Source: Intoshia linei (lineage: Eukaryota > Animalia > Orthonectida). From it: a DNA stretch of 35,433 bases. Under the pieces are notes generated by a model, which searched no databases, was not told the DNA's origin, and saw only the letters and a program-made list of their open reading frames with translations. Below are positions 1 through 13,600 of this stretch, piece after piece. The stretch spans positions 1 to 35,433 of the forward strand of contig LWCA01000265.1 of NCBI GenBank assembly GCA_001642005.1, read 5' to 3'. The first letter of the stretch is position 1. Each line of letters begins with the position of its first letter. Made by a program: the position numbers and the translations under genes.

Positions 1-84
1 TAAATGCTCTTGTACCATGTAGGGATAATCATCTTGTTTTTCATCTGTACTATTCATTTTCATTTGATCTAGTCAAGTTTGATC

Positions 85-893
85 CATTCTATATACGATT
101 ATCATCTAATCTGTAAGTATTTTTAACTACAATTTCAATTACCTTATGTGGTTCAGACATCAGATAACCTTTTAAACACTTTCGCGCAATCCTTACCCAC
201 TACCCGATTTTAAGAGTTTGTGAGTTTTCTTTCTACTAGTTTTATCATTGCCTATCATTATGTTATGATTCTTTTTCACATTACGTCGAATTTCTTCATC
301 TCTACTGGTTTTATTGATTGGGACATTACTTACACTAAATTTAGTGTTAATAGCTGTTCCATGTAGTTCTATAGGTAAATACCCAGTAATAGTATGTGGT
401 GACATTCTATAACTGCCTAGAATTTTTGTAACTGCTTCAGTAATGTTTATACCCTCCTGAACAGCAATTTTCAATCTTTGCTTTAAAATTTTATTGAAAT
501 TTTCCACTTACCCGTTACTTTGTGTATGATAATAAGCAGTAAAACAATGTTGAATATCTATATATTGTAAAAATTGTTTAAATTCTGTTGATGCAAATTG
601 TGTCCATTATCCGAAATAATTTTAAAAGGGATACTTTCTCTTGAAAACACTTTTTTTAAAAATTTTATAGTTAAAGATGCGGTAGGATTAGTAAGCATTT
701 TAACCTCAGGGTATTTGGAGTATAAATCAATTATAACAATTGCATATTTTTTTTCATTATTAGAGAATTCTAATGGCCCAATAGAATCAATTGCTATTGT
801 ATGCAATTTATGTAAAGGGTATTCAATGGATTGTATTGAATTTTTCACAAATTTCTGCATTTCAGCATTTCTTCTATAACTTTTACTTAACAT
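85..893 (-). mobile_element. Degenerate Ty3/gypsy LTR-retrotransposon pol fragment (integrase core plus C-terminal domain)
   Basis: Reading across frameshifts and stops gives IAIDSIGP...IVIIDLYSKYPEV...FSRESIPFKIISDNG-QFASTEFKQFL...YHTQSNG*VENFNKILK...YRMSPHTITG (rve D,D,E core). It continues KIG*WVRI...SEPHKVIEIVVKNTYRLDDNRI*NGSNL, a typical gypsy integrase tail. No LTR recognised. Confidence 0.9.
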
Positions 894-1515
894 GAATCTG
901 CATTGATACCTTCAACGGATATTACACATACATTTATATTTTATTTTTATATACTTAAAAATTTATAATTTTTTAATGAAAATTCAAAAACCTAAGTTTA
1001 AATTTGAGTTTTGATATAATTTTTTGATTCAATTAAATGTAATTTAAAAATTATGGTAACCATGGCTTTAAATGTAAATTTATTGAATTTTATTTTTAAA
1101 AATATTTTTAGGATTTTAGTATTTTAAATAAACTTTTACTTCGATACAGACATGTATCAATAACGATGATGATGATTCATAATGCTATAATAGTATATTT
1201 ATACCGAAAAATTGATAAAATAATTAATGATTAATTACATTATTCATACTACATTTATTTAATACTATTTATCATTAAAAATTTTTTAATATTAACATTA
1301 ATGACAATATATAGCTGCTAGACATATAATAGACTAGCACATAGAATTAAATTTACGATTTATATGGAAAAATATTTGTTATATGTTTACGAAACAATTT
1401 CTTTTTTTATTATTCGCAGACAAAAAATATCTAATTAATCTTATATGACACCCACAGTGGTGATAAATTATATAATTATTAAAATATTTATAAGATTAAT
1501 TAATATTATATCAAG

Positions 1516-4500
1516 ATTTTAGTCAAATTGAAAAAAATGTTCTTTTGGAACCAAAAATAAGTCAGATAAATACACGTTATAATTCTTCAATGAGAGAAAA
1601 AATGATGATTCAGATTGAATTGGACAAATCAAAAGAAAAAATTATTGGTTTAGAAAGTGCTCTTAAATCCATTGGGAGCTTTAGAAACACTACCATTTCC
1701 TACGATAAAGGTATTTAATATAATATGATATAATTATAATACACATTGCCCTACTTACCATATATCTTTAAAACTTTTTAAAGACGGAGACCTCGACGAA
1801 ATGGTGTAAAATGATGGGCTTATTTTTCTATTATTTTGCTTATTATTGACCATAAAAAATTATTTTCTTAAATATCATAAGTAATCATTTTGTTAAATTT
1901 AAAATGTCAATTTAAGAGCTTGAAGAAAAGATTAGTGCTATTTTACGCTACTCATTGTTTGCGAAAATTTGTTTAGGGTCTATTTTTCATTGTAAGGTCG
2001 CGTCAAGTCTGGTAGGTTCGGCTCAGTGTGCATACTCGAATACTCGTTACTCGTCAGTGCAATATTAAAGTGGTAACCCCAAATGGGTATATTAAAACTT
2101 TTTTGAGCCATTTGATTAATTACGTTTAAATTTTAAAATAAATATATTTTAAAAACTATTTTTATTATGAATTCTAGTTATAATATCTAATTTAGATAAT
2201 ACTATTGAGGATAAGGAAAAAAATGAAAATATCAAAACCGAAATAAAACACGCTAAAGTACAACTTAATATTAAAAAAAATTTTCTTTTTTTAAAATAAT
2301 ACATACATAATAGGATTCAAAATTCCCTATAGACCATGGTACTAACTTGAAATTGATCAGAGTGCAAAAAATGCCAAATATAATTCGCAGTGGTGGTTTT
2401 AGACAAACTCACCAAATTAAAGAAGCACATGTAAAAGCAATTAGTGGGTATTTATGATAATCAAAAATACTTATCAATATTTTAATATGTGGTTCTTAAG
2501 TGTGATGCGCGAATAACCAAGCATCAATGAAAAATAGGTCATAATCAAAAATATTGTCATTTTTTAAATTTAAATAGGTTTCCATTTTATTGGTTTAAAT
2601 TTTTATATAAGTTATAATATTATTATGAAAATTAAGAAAAAAATGACATTTATCACTTTTTAAAAATCGATATACCCCATAAAATGTGTTTATTAGAGTT
2701 CCCTCATACATTTCTACCAATTTTTTATTATTAAAAATAAAAAAATTTTTTATGACATAATTCGCCCTAATTATAACACAAGAATAGTAATAATACTAGA
2801 TACTATGCATAACCAATTTTTAACTGCATTAAAGTTATCTGAAATTTTACAATTTTGGATGAAAATATTATAGATTGGCTCTTCATCCAACAAAAGATGT
2901 TATTGCGTCCGGTGGAGATGATGGAATTTGGAAATTGTGGTCACTCACAAATTGTGAATTAGTAATGGAAGGAAAGGGTCATAAAGAATGGATATCTTCT
3001 TGTGATTTTCATCCATCGTAAGTATTTACTATTATATTTTTAATTTATTACTGAACTTTAAATGATGTTGTACTCTTAATGTCTCTTTGAATTTCCCGTT
3101 ATCAGCCTAAAATTATATTTTTCACAAACATTTTTGGTAGGTGATTTTTGACTAAGAAACGTATACTTCGCGCTTTAAATTATTGTCTAAATCTACTCAA
3201 ATAAACTATATCAGAATAAAAATTTTTTTTAATTCTAGCACCATAATATGTTTTATATTTTTTATTTTACGTACGTGTTAATTTAATGGTTTTTTTTAAA
3301 AAAATAAGTAAATATTAAATGCCTTTTTCCTTTTTTAAGGAATAACTTTGTGAGATTGAAATTTTTTGTGTATGTTAACGGGAAATAACTGTATTGGTTG
3401 TGGCTTATTTTAAAATTCTAAGATTAATAGCATTTTCATTTAAAATAATGTGTAGTTTGTGGGTTTGACCGTGAAGATGCAAGTTTTTGTGGTTTCAATT
3501 TAGTGTAATGTTTTGATTTCATAAATTTTCCAGATTTTGTGTTTTTATAAATTGTAAGACTTTTATTGGTTAAAAAATGGTTATTAGATGGTTTGGACCG
3601 TGAAGGTGGCAATTTTTGAATATAAAATAGAACTTAAGTTTTATCTTTTTTTATTTTGATTTTTTTCACAACAAAAAATTAATTAACCTCTAATTAAAAA
3701 AATGGAATTGGTGTATTTCAAATTTCTGGAACTGTCACTATTCTAAATAAATGATTACACACACTGAAAGACACACATTTTTAGCTACTTTTTATATATA
3801 CATATGTATATGTAAGTATTATTAACTATTATTTAAGTTAATTATTTATATTAATTGAATGATATCTAGAGGGATGTATCTTGCTACTTCAAGTGGTGAT
3901 AGTTTAATAAAAATATGGGATTTCAAAACGGTAGAATGTATTACCAGCTTTAAAGAACATTTGTCTGTAGGTATGTTAATATATTAAAGTTATTAAAATT
4001 TGTAAATATAAAAAAAATTAAAAATTTTCACTTTTTCGATGCATCCTCTAGATTAGTGTTTCTCAATCTTTTTTCTATTGGGTGAACTTAGAAGAAAATA
4101 GAAAATTTGGCATACGAGCAAAAAATATTAAAAATTTATATTTGTTCGGTTCTCATTAAAAATATTTACAATAGTACAAGATTAACATCAAGTATTAGGT
4201 TTCCAACGAAAAGTTGCAAATTAAAGAATAAAAGTTGTTTCTGTAGAAAAGAATTTTTCATTTAACTAACCCTTTGTGAATTGTGTATAACTCGTTTTCA
4301 CTTTTTCACTGGGCACACATACAATTTGCCTTCCCGCACTGTTTGAGAAGCTCTGATTCAGATAATTTCTTTTTCAAATTTGTTTATTTTAGAATATACA
4401 TTTATAGTATATAACATTTACAATGTACATTTTATGTGGAATAATATAAATTGTATATTGTGGACATTAAATGTATAATATTCATTGTATATGTACGTAA

Positions 4501-7500
4501 TTTTCATATAGTTTGGGACGTCAGCTGGCATAGTTGCGGAGATTTTATAGCCTCAGCATCAATGGATAAAAAAATAAAAATTTGGGACGCACAGAGGTAA
4601 TTTTTAAATTTCACTAAATAAAACTAAAAAATTTGACAAAAAGTTGAGCATTTTGGATAAATGATGTCACACACCCTAACAGATGAAGATTTAATATTCT
4701 GATTCTGATATTTCTACAATGTTAATGATATTAAAAATTGTCCCAGAATTTAACCTTTTTAAATTTCAATGACTCATTTTATATACAAAAAAAACTAATT
4801 TGTATTTTTACCCTGAGGGACTCAATTTCTTAAAATAAAATTGGCGATAAAACATGACTCTTGAAAAATCGTATTGGAATTTGTCTGTTTTCATTCTACG
4901 ATTCTTAATTTTTTAATTAAATTATTAATGTAACTCACAGACGTTCATTTTTATAGGAGTAATGGATTATAATAATTATTATGATATTTTAAAAAAAATT
5001 ATAAGAGGTTATTTTATATTTTAAGAGTTGTCACGAGCTTGATAGGTATTGCTTTGGAAACTACTATCGAACTAAGTTAAATCGTTACAGAGATTAAATT
5101 TAACGCACGTTAAAATTATCCGTTATTCAGTAAATTTTCACTTCATTTTGATAAAATGATGTTTACGTTCACTAATAATAATACTAAATGATCGATAATG
5201 AATAATATTATAATTTAATATTATTGTTAAAAAAGGTTATCCTTATTGTATTTAAAATTTTTCTTGAGGACCAAATAGAATTTCCTGTGGACCACTTTAG
5301 GAACCACTGGGCTAGATGACATAAATATAATTTTTGTGTCATTATTATTTATTTTGAAATGGGTGTGAGCAGACTTATATATTTTTTAATGATTTAATGT
5401 AAAATGTTCAAAATGGCATGCCTTCTACTATATTTTTATTTTTAGTTTAAGATGTCGAAATACATTACGTGGTCATTCTGGATCTGTCAACAGTATAAAT
5501 TTTCTATACGGTTCAAATTGTCTGGTAAGTTCAAGTGCGGATAAAACAATTTCTTTATGGGACGCTAGGACAGTAATTTTAAATTAATAAACACAATTAA
5601 ATTTTATGGAGAATTTAAAAACTTGAGGTCACTGACTATAGTAATATATACTGAAACTAGGTTGACTGTTATGTACTACGTACAAACAGCACCTAGCTTT
5701 GCCTAGGGCACATTTTTATTATACCTAAAAAATAAATTCACGTAGAAAATCTAACTTAAAAACCTACTATTTACTATTATCAATCCTTTAAACGAGTGGT
5801 TCCCCAATTTGTTTCAGGTGGAACCATCATATCACATTATTTTTACTTTAAAGTGAATTATTCCATCTTAATTTTTTGTTAACATTTGCGTAAAGAATTT
5901 TAAAAACAATTGTTATCCCATTTTTTAATTTATAAGACAGAATGTGTGCATAATATTAAAAATAAAGTAAAAAAAGTCCAATCCTAAAAATTGTCATAAA
6001 TAGGAAAAAAAAATTATAAAAACCTATTTTGTCATTTTCAATGTGATGATATATATTCAGTACCAATACTTGAAAATACTAATTATGTATTAATAACACG
6101 GTACAAAATTTTTGGAAAAATTTTAAAAGAGTAGAACGAAATTTAGTTTATGGTTTAGATAACACTGTCAGGATTTGAATGATATTTGTCATTCTATCTG
6201 ATTAGATCGTAATCTTGAGATATTTCATTTTTAAAGTGTATATACAGTAATGTTTCGATTATCTTTACATTTTTTGTAATATTCATAATCTATATAATAA
6301 TATAATATATATACTATAATACTTTATTATAATTATTATATTTATATATTTTTATAATATATAATACTTTATTGATAATCAAATTAGTTATGATCAAGTT
6401 TATTTGTAATCAAAATTATTTATAATCGAGACATTACTGTATAAGGAAATTTATATAATATAAAGAATTAAGTAACATGCAACATTTTTAATGTTGCGAA
6501 ATAGTAATCAATTTTTTATTTATTAATTAATTTTAAACTGTTTTCACCCACAAAAAAAATTTGCAGCTATTTTCTTTGACACAACGTCAAACGTATTATC
6601 ATCCATTAACGAGAGGTAAAATGTACATTAGAGTTAGCAAACGTTTTTATTCGTAGACTTAATCCAATCATTGCAATATAGAATTAACATGGATCTCGAA
6701 ACAATAATAATTTGTAAATTTAATGAATTGTAAAAAGTAAAAATGTTTGTAATCCAATGATTCTTTATGAACCCTAAATATTTCCTGTATACCTCAAGGT
6801 GCATATGGCCAAGTGTGTCGCCACTTAATTTATATTGTTCAGAAAAATTTATAATTCCACTAATATTCAGAATTTTTGTTCCAATACATTTTATGGACAC
6901 GAACATTCCGTAAATGATGCCAATTTTAATTTAAAGGTATTTTATGTAAACTTTAGTCAATAAACTAATAATTATTTTGAAAGGGAACCTCAATAGCATC
7001 ATGCGATTCTTATGGAAATGTGAAAATATGGGACGTTCGTAATTTAGATTCAATTGAAACCATTGAATTTGGACCACATTCAACAAATAGCGTTACATTT
7101 GATCCTACAGGTCATTCATATATATACATACATTCATAATATTCCAGTAAATTAAAAATTCATATATGATATTATATATATAAATTAAATGTCCAATCAG
7201 GTCAAATAATTGTGGCCGCAAGCGACGATGCATCTGTAAAAATGTATGATTTAATGAACTGCAAGGTAATAAGAGTGCTTTCTATATAAATTAGTGATTC
7301 TCATCATGGGTGATTCGTGACTTAATGATTAATAATGAAAGTTTAAGCATAAATGACACATTTTTTTAAAATTAAAAAAAATTTTAAAAATATTATCGAG
7401 AGCATATTTTTTAAATTTAACCCATGGCCAACAAAAAACTCAACCTAAAAAAACTTGAGAGTCACTAACGTGATTATTATATTTAAATTTCCAAATACAT

Positions 7501-7623
7501 TACAAAAAATAGGTAAGTAACTTGATGGGACACTCTGACGCAGTTCAACGTGCAATATTTGATTTGGACGGTAAATTCGTAATTTCAAGTGGAAGCGATC
7601 AAAACATAAAAATATGGTCATAA
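1516..7623 (+). CDS. SPAG16: Sperm-associated antigen 16 / PF20 (axonemal central-pair WD40 protein), 5'-incomplete
   Basis: GT-AG exons with consistent phases: 1516(or 1523)-1710, 2196-2257, 2314-2447, 2874-3017, 3870-3970, 4512-4596, 5446-5572, 6871-6936, 6984-7110, 7201-7265, 7513-7623 (TAA). Translation shows a coiled coil (EPKISQINTRYNSSMREKMMIQIELDK), DSKFPID, then WD40 repeats with SPAG16-type motifs GHKEWISSCDFHPSG, VSWHSCGDFIASASMD, SSADKTISLWDART, FYGHEHSVN, IASCDSYG, GSDQNIKIWS*. Confidence 0.93.
4054..4355. mobile_element. Old hAT-Charlie-like MITE
   Basis: TAGTGTTTCTCAA...TTGAGAAGCTCTG imperfect TIRs next to a TCTAGA-type target site. Confidence 0.45.
5657..6090 (-). mobile_element. 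Helitron 3' fragment in a SPAG16 intron
   Basis: Closely similar to 10592-11045; on the minus strand it ends hairpin-TCAAC-CTAG|T. Confidence 0.78.
6245..6439. mobile_element. pogo/Tc1-mariner-type MITE (195 bp)
   Basis: TA|CAGTAATGTTTCGATTAT...ATAATCGAGACATTACTG|TA; 18-bp TIR with one mismatch and TA target duplication. Confidence 0.82.
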
Positions 7624-7638
7624 TGTAATAGATTGTAC

Positions 7639-7663
7639 AATAAACTGATAAAAATAATTTATT
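7639..7663. terminator. Opposed polyadenylation signals of SPAG16 (+, 7639-7644) and GRAMD1 (-, 7663-7658)
   Basis: AATAAA on each strand within the 47 bp separating the two stop codons. Confidence 0.6.
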
Positions 7664-7670
7664 TAAACAA

Positions 7671-10600
7671 TTAGATGGGTTCATCAATTAAACTAAACAA
7701 TCTCTGGAGGGATAAATTTAACAAGTTTATGGAATCATATGTTTTAATCACCTCTTCTTTGATAAGTTGGAGTTTGGGGTTAGGATTCGGATGAGATGTA
7801 ATAAGATAATTAAAGATATTTTTAATTGACGATAGATTGATTAATTTTTTATCAATATTTTTTTTTCTATAATTAAAATCATTCCACTCATCAGATTCAC
7901 ATAAACCATCTGAACAGGCATGAGGTGTATTTGGATTTAAATTGTTATTTAAATTAAATAAGGAATATATAACATATAGTATAAATAACACGGCAAACAT
8001 TTTGATGAAAGTAATGTGGCTAATTCTGAAAAAGTTGGATAAAAATTCAAATGTAATGTTTTTTGTAAATTTAAACACTGAAATTAGAGTTAATATTAAA
8101 TTAATAAGATAAATTATAACTTTGGTAAATATTTTCACCGGTAGAGCTTTAGCTTTGACCAGTAGAGATGAGCTTTTAACTTTATCATTGTAGGCACTTT
8201 GTTGTTCTTCCAATTCACCCATAAATTTGGTTATTTTTTCAATTACGTTGACTGCTCCCATTTTGAATAAAACAATATCAGTTATGTCTGTAGCCACAGT
8301 TCTACCTGCTTCAGAATAGAAGCTAGCTTGTCGTGCATGTTTAATGCTGGATCTTATTGACGTAATATCGTTTAGTGCGTTTTTAGTTGAACAACTTTCA
8401 TTGATACTTTCATTCGGACTATCACCTTCTGAACAGTTATTTAGTATCCTATCCAGTACAATGTTGTATTTTTTGTCGATTTTTTCATTGTGTAAGTATT
8501 GCTCCAAATTTTTTTCAATTGTATTGAATTTAATCATCATTTCCAAGTTTTCTTTTAGTACATTGAAATTGTGGCGTAATCCTGTTTTAATATTATTTTC
8601 TAATAAAGACCTCATGACGCTAAATAATGATTTCGAGTATTTCACGTATATAGTGACAATCATGTTTGATTTGTTTTCAGATATGTATCTAAAATCATTC
8701 ATTAAATTTAAGATGTCATGTCAAACACAACCTTAACAATTCGAAATAGAATATGTATGTCTGTCTGTTCCACTTGATTTATAAAAATAAGTACTCAAAT
8801 ATCAAAGTAAAAAAAATAAATTATAGGCTCATTTTTTAAGAGTATGAGAAATTTACATCTTCAGTCAAATACACAAATTACTATTACATTATCCATTACT
8901 TTCCAAATTATCTCATTTCATATACAATCTATTTAATAGATTCTATTACAATAAAAACTATATTTTTTTAGCATATCCATATAATTATCATACACTATAA
9001 ACAACCTTAATTAAAAATGTTTATCCTTACTTATACTGGTGTACAAAGTTTCTAAAAATGTGTGTCTTTCTGTGTTTGTAACTATTTATTTAGAAGACTG
9101 ACAATCCTAGAATATTAGTAAATAACCCAAATTTTAATATTTTTTTTTAAACATGATTTAGTTTCCATTTTATTATCTGAAATTGGCATCCTCACGATCA
9201 AGACCATAAACAATCCATTATTTTGAAAAATTAAAAAAAGTAGTCCTAGAATTTAAAAAAATCATGGCTCATACTTTTTCCATTTAACATGAAGGGAAAA
9301 TATCATATAAGAATTAACGCTTCAGGGTCAATATATAATTAAGGGTAATGATAATATATTTAATCACAACTTAATATCTCTTTATGGTAACGAATTTACG
9401 TCAAAGGAATGGTGGAACATGTCAATCAAACGTATTAATGTGATAAAACGATATGATCTCACAAAATGATGGGAAAAGCCTTTATAAACACAGAATTCCA
9501 TTTTTGTAATTTACAAAAAAGAGTAAATTCCTTAAACTTAAATTGAATATTGTTGGAATCTCTCAAATAGATAAATATTTCCATTCCTTTTAATTTTATT
9601 ATTTTATTTTATGATTGAAAATAAACAGTTTATTTAATTTGTCTGTAAAATAAACTTCTATTTTAAAAATATATCCATGATACCAATTTTTAGCAATTAA
9701 TAACAAAAAAACGACGCGATAGAAACTACTCAAAATTTGTGACCATAATTTGATGAATACGTTTATCAAAACAACATAAAAGTTTACAACAAATTCAATA
9801 AAAAACTTTGTTTTTTGATAAATTCACGTCATTTTTTTAAAATTAGGATTACATATTTAAAAACTTAGTTTTAAAAGATTCCTCGTCATATTTTAACCCT
9901 TACGAGACTATGCTGATTTTCAAAATTGAAAGCAAAAAATTTCATTTTTGAAATGTTAAAAAACGCTAAAATTTAAAATTTAAAAGTCATGAAATTTCAA
10001 ATATCATTATTAAGTAAAATACTTAAATTTGGCTTTAATAGTTGGCTTAGAATTAGCAATAAAATATATTTAATTTATAATACGTGATTGTATTTTATTA
10101 GAACATAATTTATTTTATTGTTGACACGATGTACAGTGATCATAAAATTAATTTTAATAAAATAAATATATTGTTTATTTACGTTTATATATTGTTTATT
10201 GTTTTATTAAATGAGCAGTAATTTGTTCATAATTTATATTGGTACCGCCTTATTATGGTTTGTATACAAACCAATGTAAATTTATAAGTGCAGTTTTTGG
10301 CATCTATACATGCAATTGTCTCGTAAGGGTTAAATTCATTTATATATTAAAAATATAAAATAAATTATTAAAAAAATACAAATAATCAAGTTTAAAGTTT
10401 TTAAAACAATATTGTTGCTTAATTATTTTGGTAAATACGCGATAGATGTCTCTGTAATTTTCAGATAATTAATTAATGATCAACCCTTTCACGTTCATAA
10501 TCAAATTTGAGAGAAAATCGTTAAAAAGTTAAAAAATGTTGTTCTGTGTAGTATTTACATCTTCATTTATAATTACATGTATAATGTAAATTGTTATGTA

Positions 10601-13600
10601 CTACGTACAAACAGGACCTAGCTCTGCCGAGGGCACATTTTTATTAAACTTAAAAAATAAATTCACGTTAAAAATCTAATTTAAAAATCCTACTATTCAC
10701 CCTTATCAATCCTTTAAAGGAGTGGTTCCCAAATTTGTATCCGGTGGAACCATCATATCACATTATTTTATTTATTTTAAAGTAAATTATTCCATCTTAA
10801 TTTTTTATTTGTTAACATTTGCGTAAAGAATTTTAAAAACAATTCTTATCCCATTTTTTTAATTTATTAAACAGAATGTGTGTATAATATTAAAAATAAA
10901 GTAAAAAGAGTCCAATCCTAAAAATTGTCATAAATAGCATAAATTCCAGAAAAAATAAAATTATAAAAACATATTTTGTCATTTTCAAAGTGATGACATA
11001 TATTCAGTACCAATTTAATAAATACGTAAAAATACTAATTCTGTATCAATAATTAACCGAATCTTCACTGTATAAACATTTCAGTCGAATTTTACCATTA
11101 TTGCAAAGGATTGTAATATAAAAATGATATTAACAAAATTGTTTTAGTTTCGTTGTTGTAGTTTCTCATTTAAATTTTAATGTTTTAATAAAAATGTTTT
11201 GAAAATGAGAATTTGAAATTTAAAAATTGCGTAGCAATAAAAAAAATTCTAAAAGAATGAATTATATAGATTTTTACCCATATTTCTTTATAGGAAATGT
11301 GTAGACGTTCACTGCTATCTGCAATTGGGAGGTTGGAATTTATCTTATGATACGTCTCGGAAAAAACTGTAATTGAAATGTGGACTTTATAAAATTCTAA
11401 GTGGTAGTTTTTTCAATAAAGTGAAACACACACACAAGCAAAAACAAAAATAGCGTAGCATATAATATAAGTTAGGATTTTAGCTAAAAATTTACGTATG
11501 TTTGTTTTTCTGATACCATTTATTTAATAAAGTAACAAGCGTAGAGTTTTAACAATACCAACTACTAATAGAGTTTTTCGAGAGTGAGGTTTTATCGAAA
11601 ATTTCATTTTCAGAAATAGAGTTCTTCAAGGTCAAAACCCCATTATCCTTTTTTTAAGATCAATTTTTTAACGTATCAATGGAAAAACCGAAGGAATAAA
11701 TTTACGATAGTCTAAGTTATGGGTTCTTAACCTGGGTGCCAAACCGGTTTTTGGGTGCCAGAAAATTTTGAATAAAAATAATTTTAATATGTATATCAGA
11801 GTGACCTTTTTTTTATTAGAAAAACCCATTTTGCACGTGGATTTCCTTTTAAGCATTTATTTAAAAAAATGAAATCGGTTAATATTAAACGACACTAAAA
11901 TAAATTATATTGACAAATAGTAAAAACCACAGAGTTTTTATCTTCAAAGGTTTTTTCTAATCCAAATTTAAAACCATTTTTAGTTATTTCAGGTAGCAAT
12001 TTTTGTTACCGTGGTTATATTATTACATTTTTTCTAATTTAAGTTTATTACATTACATTCCACCCTCTCCCCCAAAAAACTGGTTTGGCATTCCCGGCTA
12101 AGAACCCATGGTCTGTGTATTTACACACAATCCAATGTAATTAACATTCATTAAATACAATTATTTTCATTTTTACATTTGTACGTTAGACCAACTTCGT
12201 TGGTACTATATTGCAAATCGACTACCAAACAAACATAGTTTTAATCTAATATCCGATAAAATGACCTGATGCAATGTCGAAATATTAATTGGACACAATC
12301 TGAATATGGAACGTCTTTATTGATAACCACTTCATCCACTCGTATGGAAAGATTTTGTGGGTTGATTATATAAAGTTGTTGACCATGTGTCGAAACACAC
12401 CATTTAGGTCCAAAAGTATTGAATAATTCCATTCTATAAGACATTGTTCGCAGAAGATTGTCGTCTCTTTTATGCCACCGTGATATATTCTAAACTAAGA
12501 TATATGTCTAACTAATTAAGTTTTTAAAGAATGTTTACATCCGTTGAAGCGAAACTTAGGACTGTCCAAAAAAAATTATTCTAATTGATAAACAGTTATG
12601 TTAAACTGTGCATCAAATTACAGCTTTTTTCTTTTTTTTTTTTTAAATTTAGTAAGTTATATACCTAATCTGTTTATTCTAAACAAAATTTAACAACGTG
12701 GGTTCTCAATTTTTATCAAGCATTTTACTAAAATAGATTTTCCCTTGTTTACACACCATCCTGTAAAAACACATTTTAAGTAAAAAAAAGCTCCCTCCCT
12801 AATATATTAAAATTTATAAAACTCTAATAATTAATTATAAATAATAATAATTAATATTAATATTTATTAATATTCTTATAATTCTTAATAAAACTATTTA
12901 AAGACTGGTAGTTATTGAAATAACGGTAACACACACAATTATTCCGTAGCATATTATATAAGTAAGGATGTGTATAATTACAAATTGAGATCTTTCCACA
13001 TCACTGCTAAATTTTCGGTAAAAATAGGAATCTGTAAAAATAAGAGCAAACAGTTTATCGGATGGGATATCATAAGTATCATTAACAAGAGTCATAAATT
13101 TATAATGTTCATGGTCACTACAAATTTCACTGCAAATTTCCTTTTCATTGACATTAATTTTACCACTATGACTTAAAATTGACGACATGTTTAAAACGGA
13201 ATGTTCAACATTTAAAGTTTCATTATCTTGAATCTCCCGATCACTTTTTTTACAGTTTGTATAATTTTTTTTGGCTATAGATAAACTTGTTACAGCACGT
13301 TTAATTTTAACATTTTTAATTTCGGGAATAACATTGTCATTTTTCTCCTTTAAATTAAATTTAATAACGGAACTAGTATTGGAACCACTTTCATTAAACC
13401 TTTTATTCTTAATAGTATGAGTCAGTAAATAATCTTGCCATAATCGAAAAAGTAGAAGAAAGACTTTATCACGAGAAGTAAAAGAAGCAAAGAAAAATTT
13501 TTCATTACGAGTTTTAATTTGGATAGCATTCGGAATAAACAAGGCAGTTTTTTCTTTGGTAATACTAATAATTCTTCCCATTTTAATTTTAAAGGCAGTT

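Noticed and set aside
598-879. Plus-strand 93-aa ORF, and similarly 6634-6906, 7445-7687, 8344-8736, 12970-13176, 15310-15495, 15558-15872, 17438-17656, 22475-22669 and 35110-35355
   Set aside because: These are antisense shadows of real exons or transposase remnants with no recognisable motifs.
12184-12225. Small extra GRAMD1 exon
   Set aside because: Exon 12489-12266 joins 8688 directly in phase to give a continuous VASt sequence; nothing is missing.
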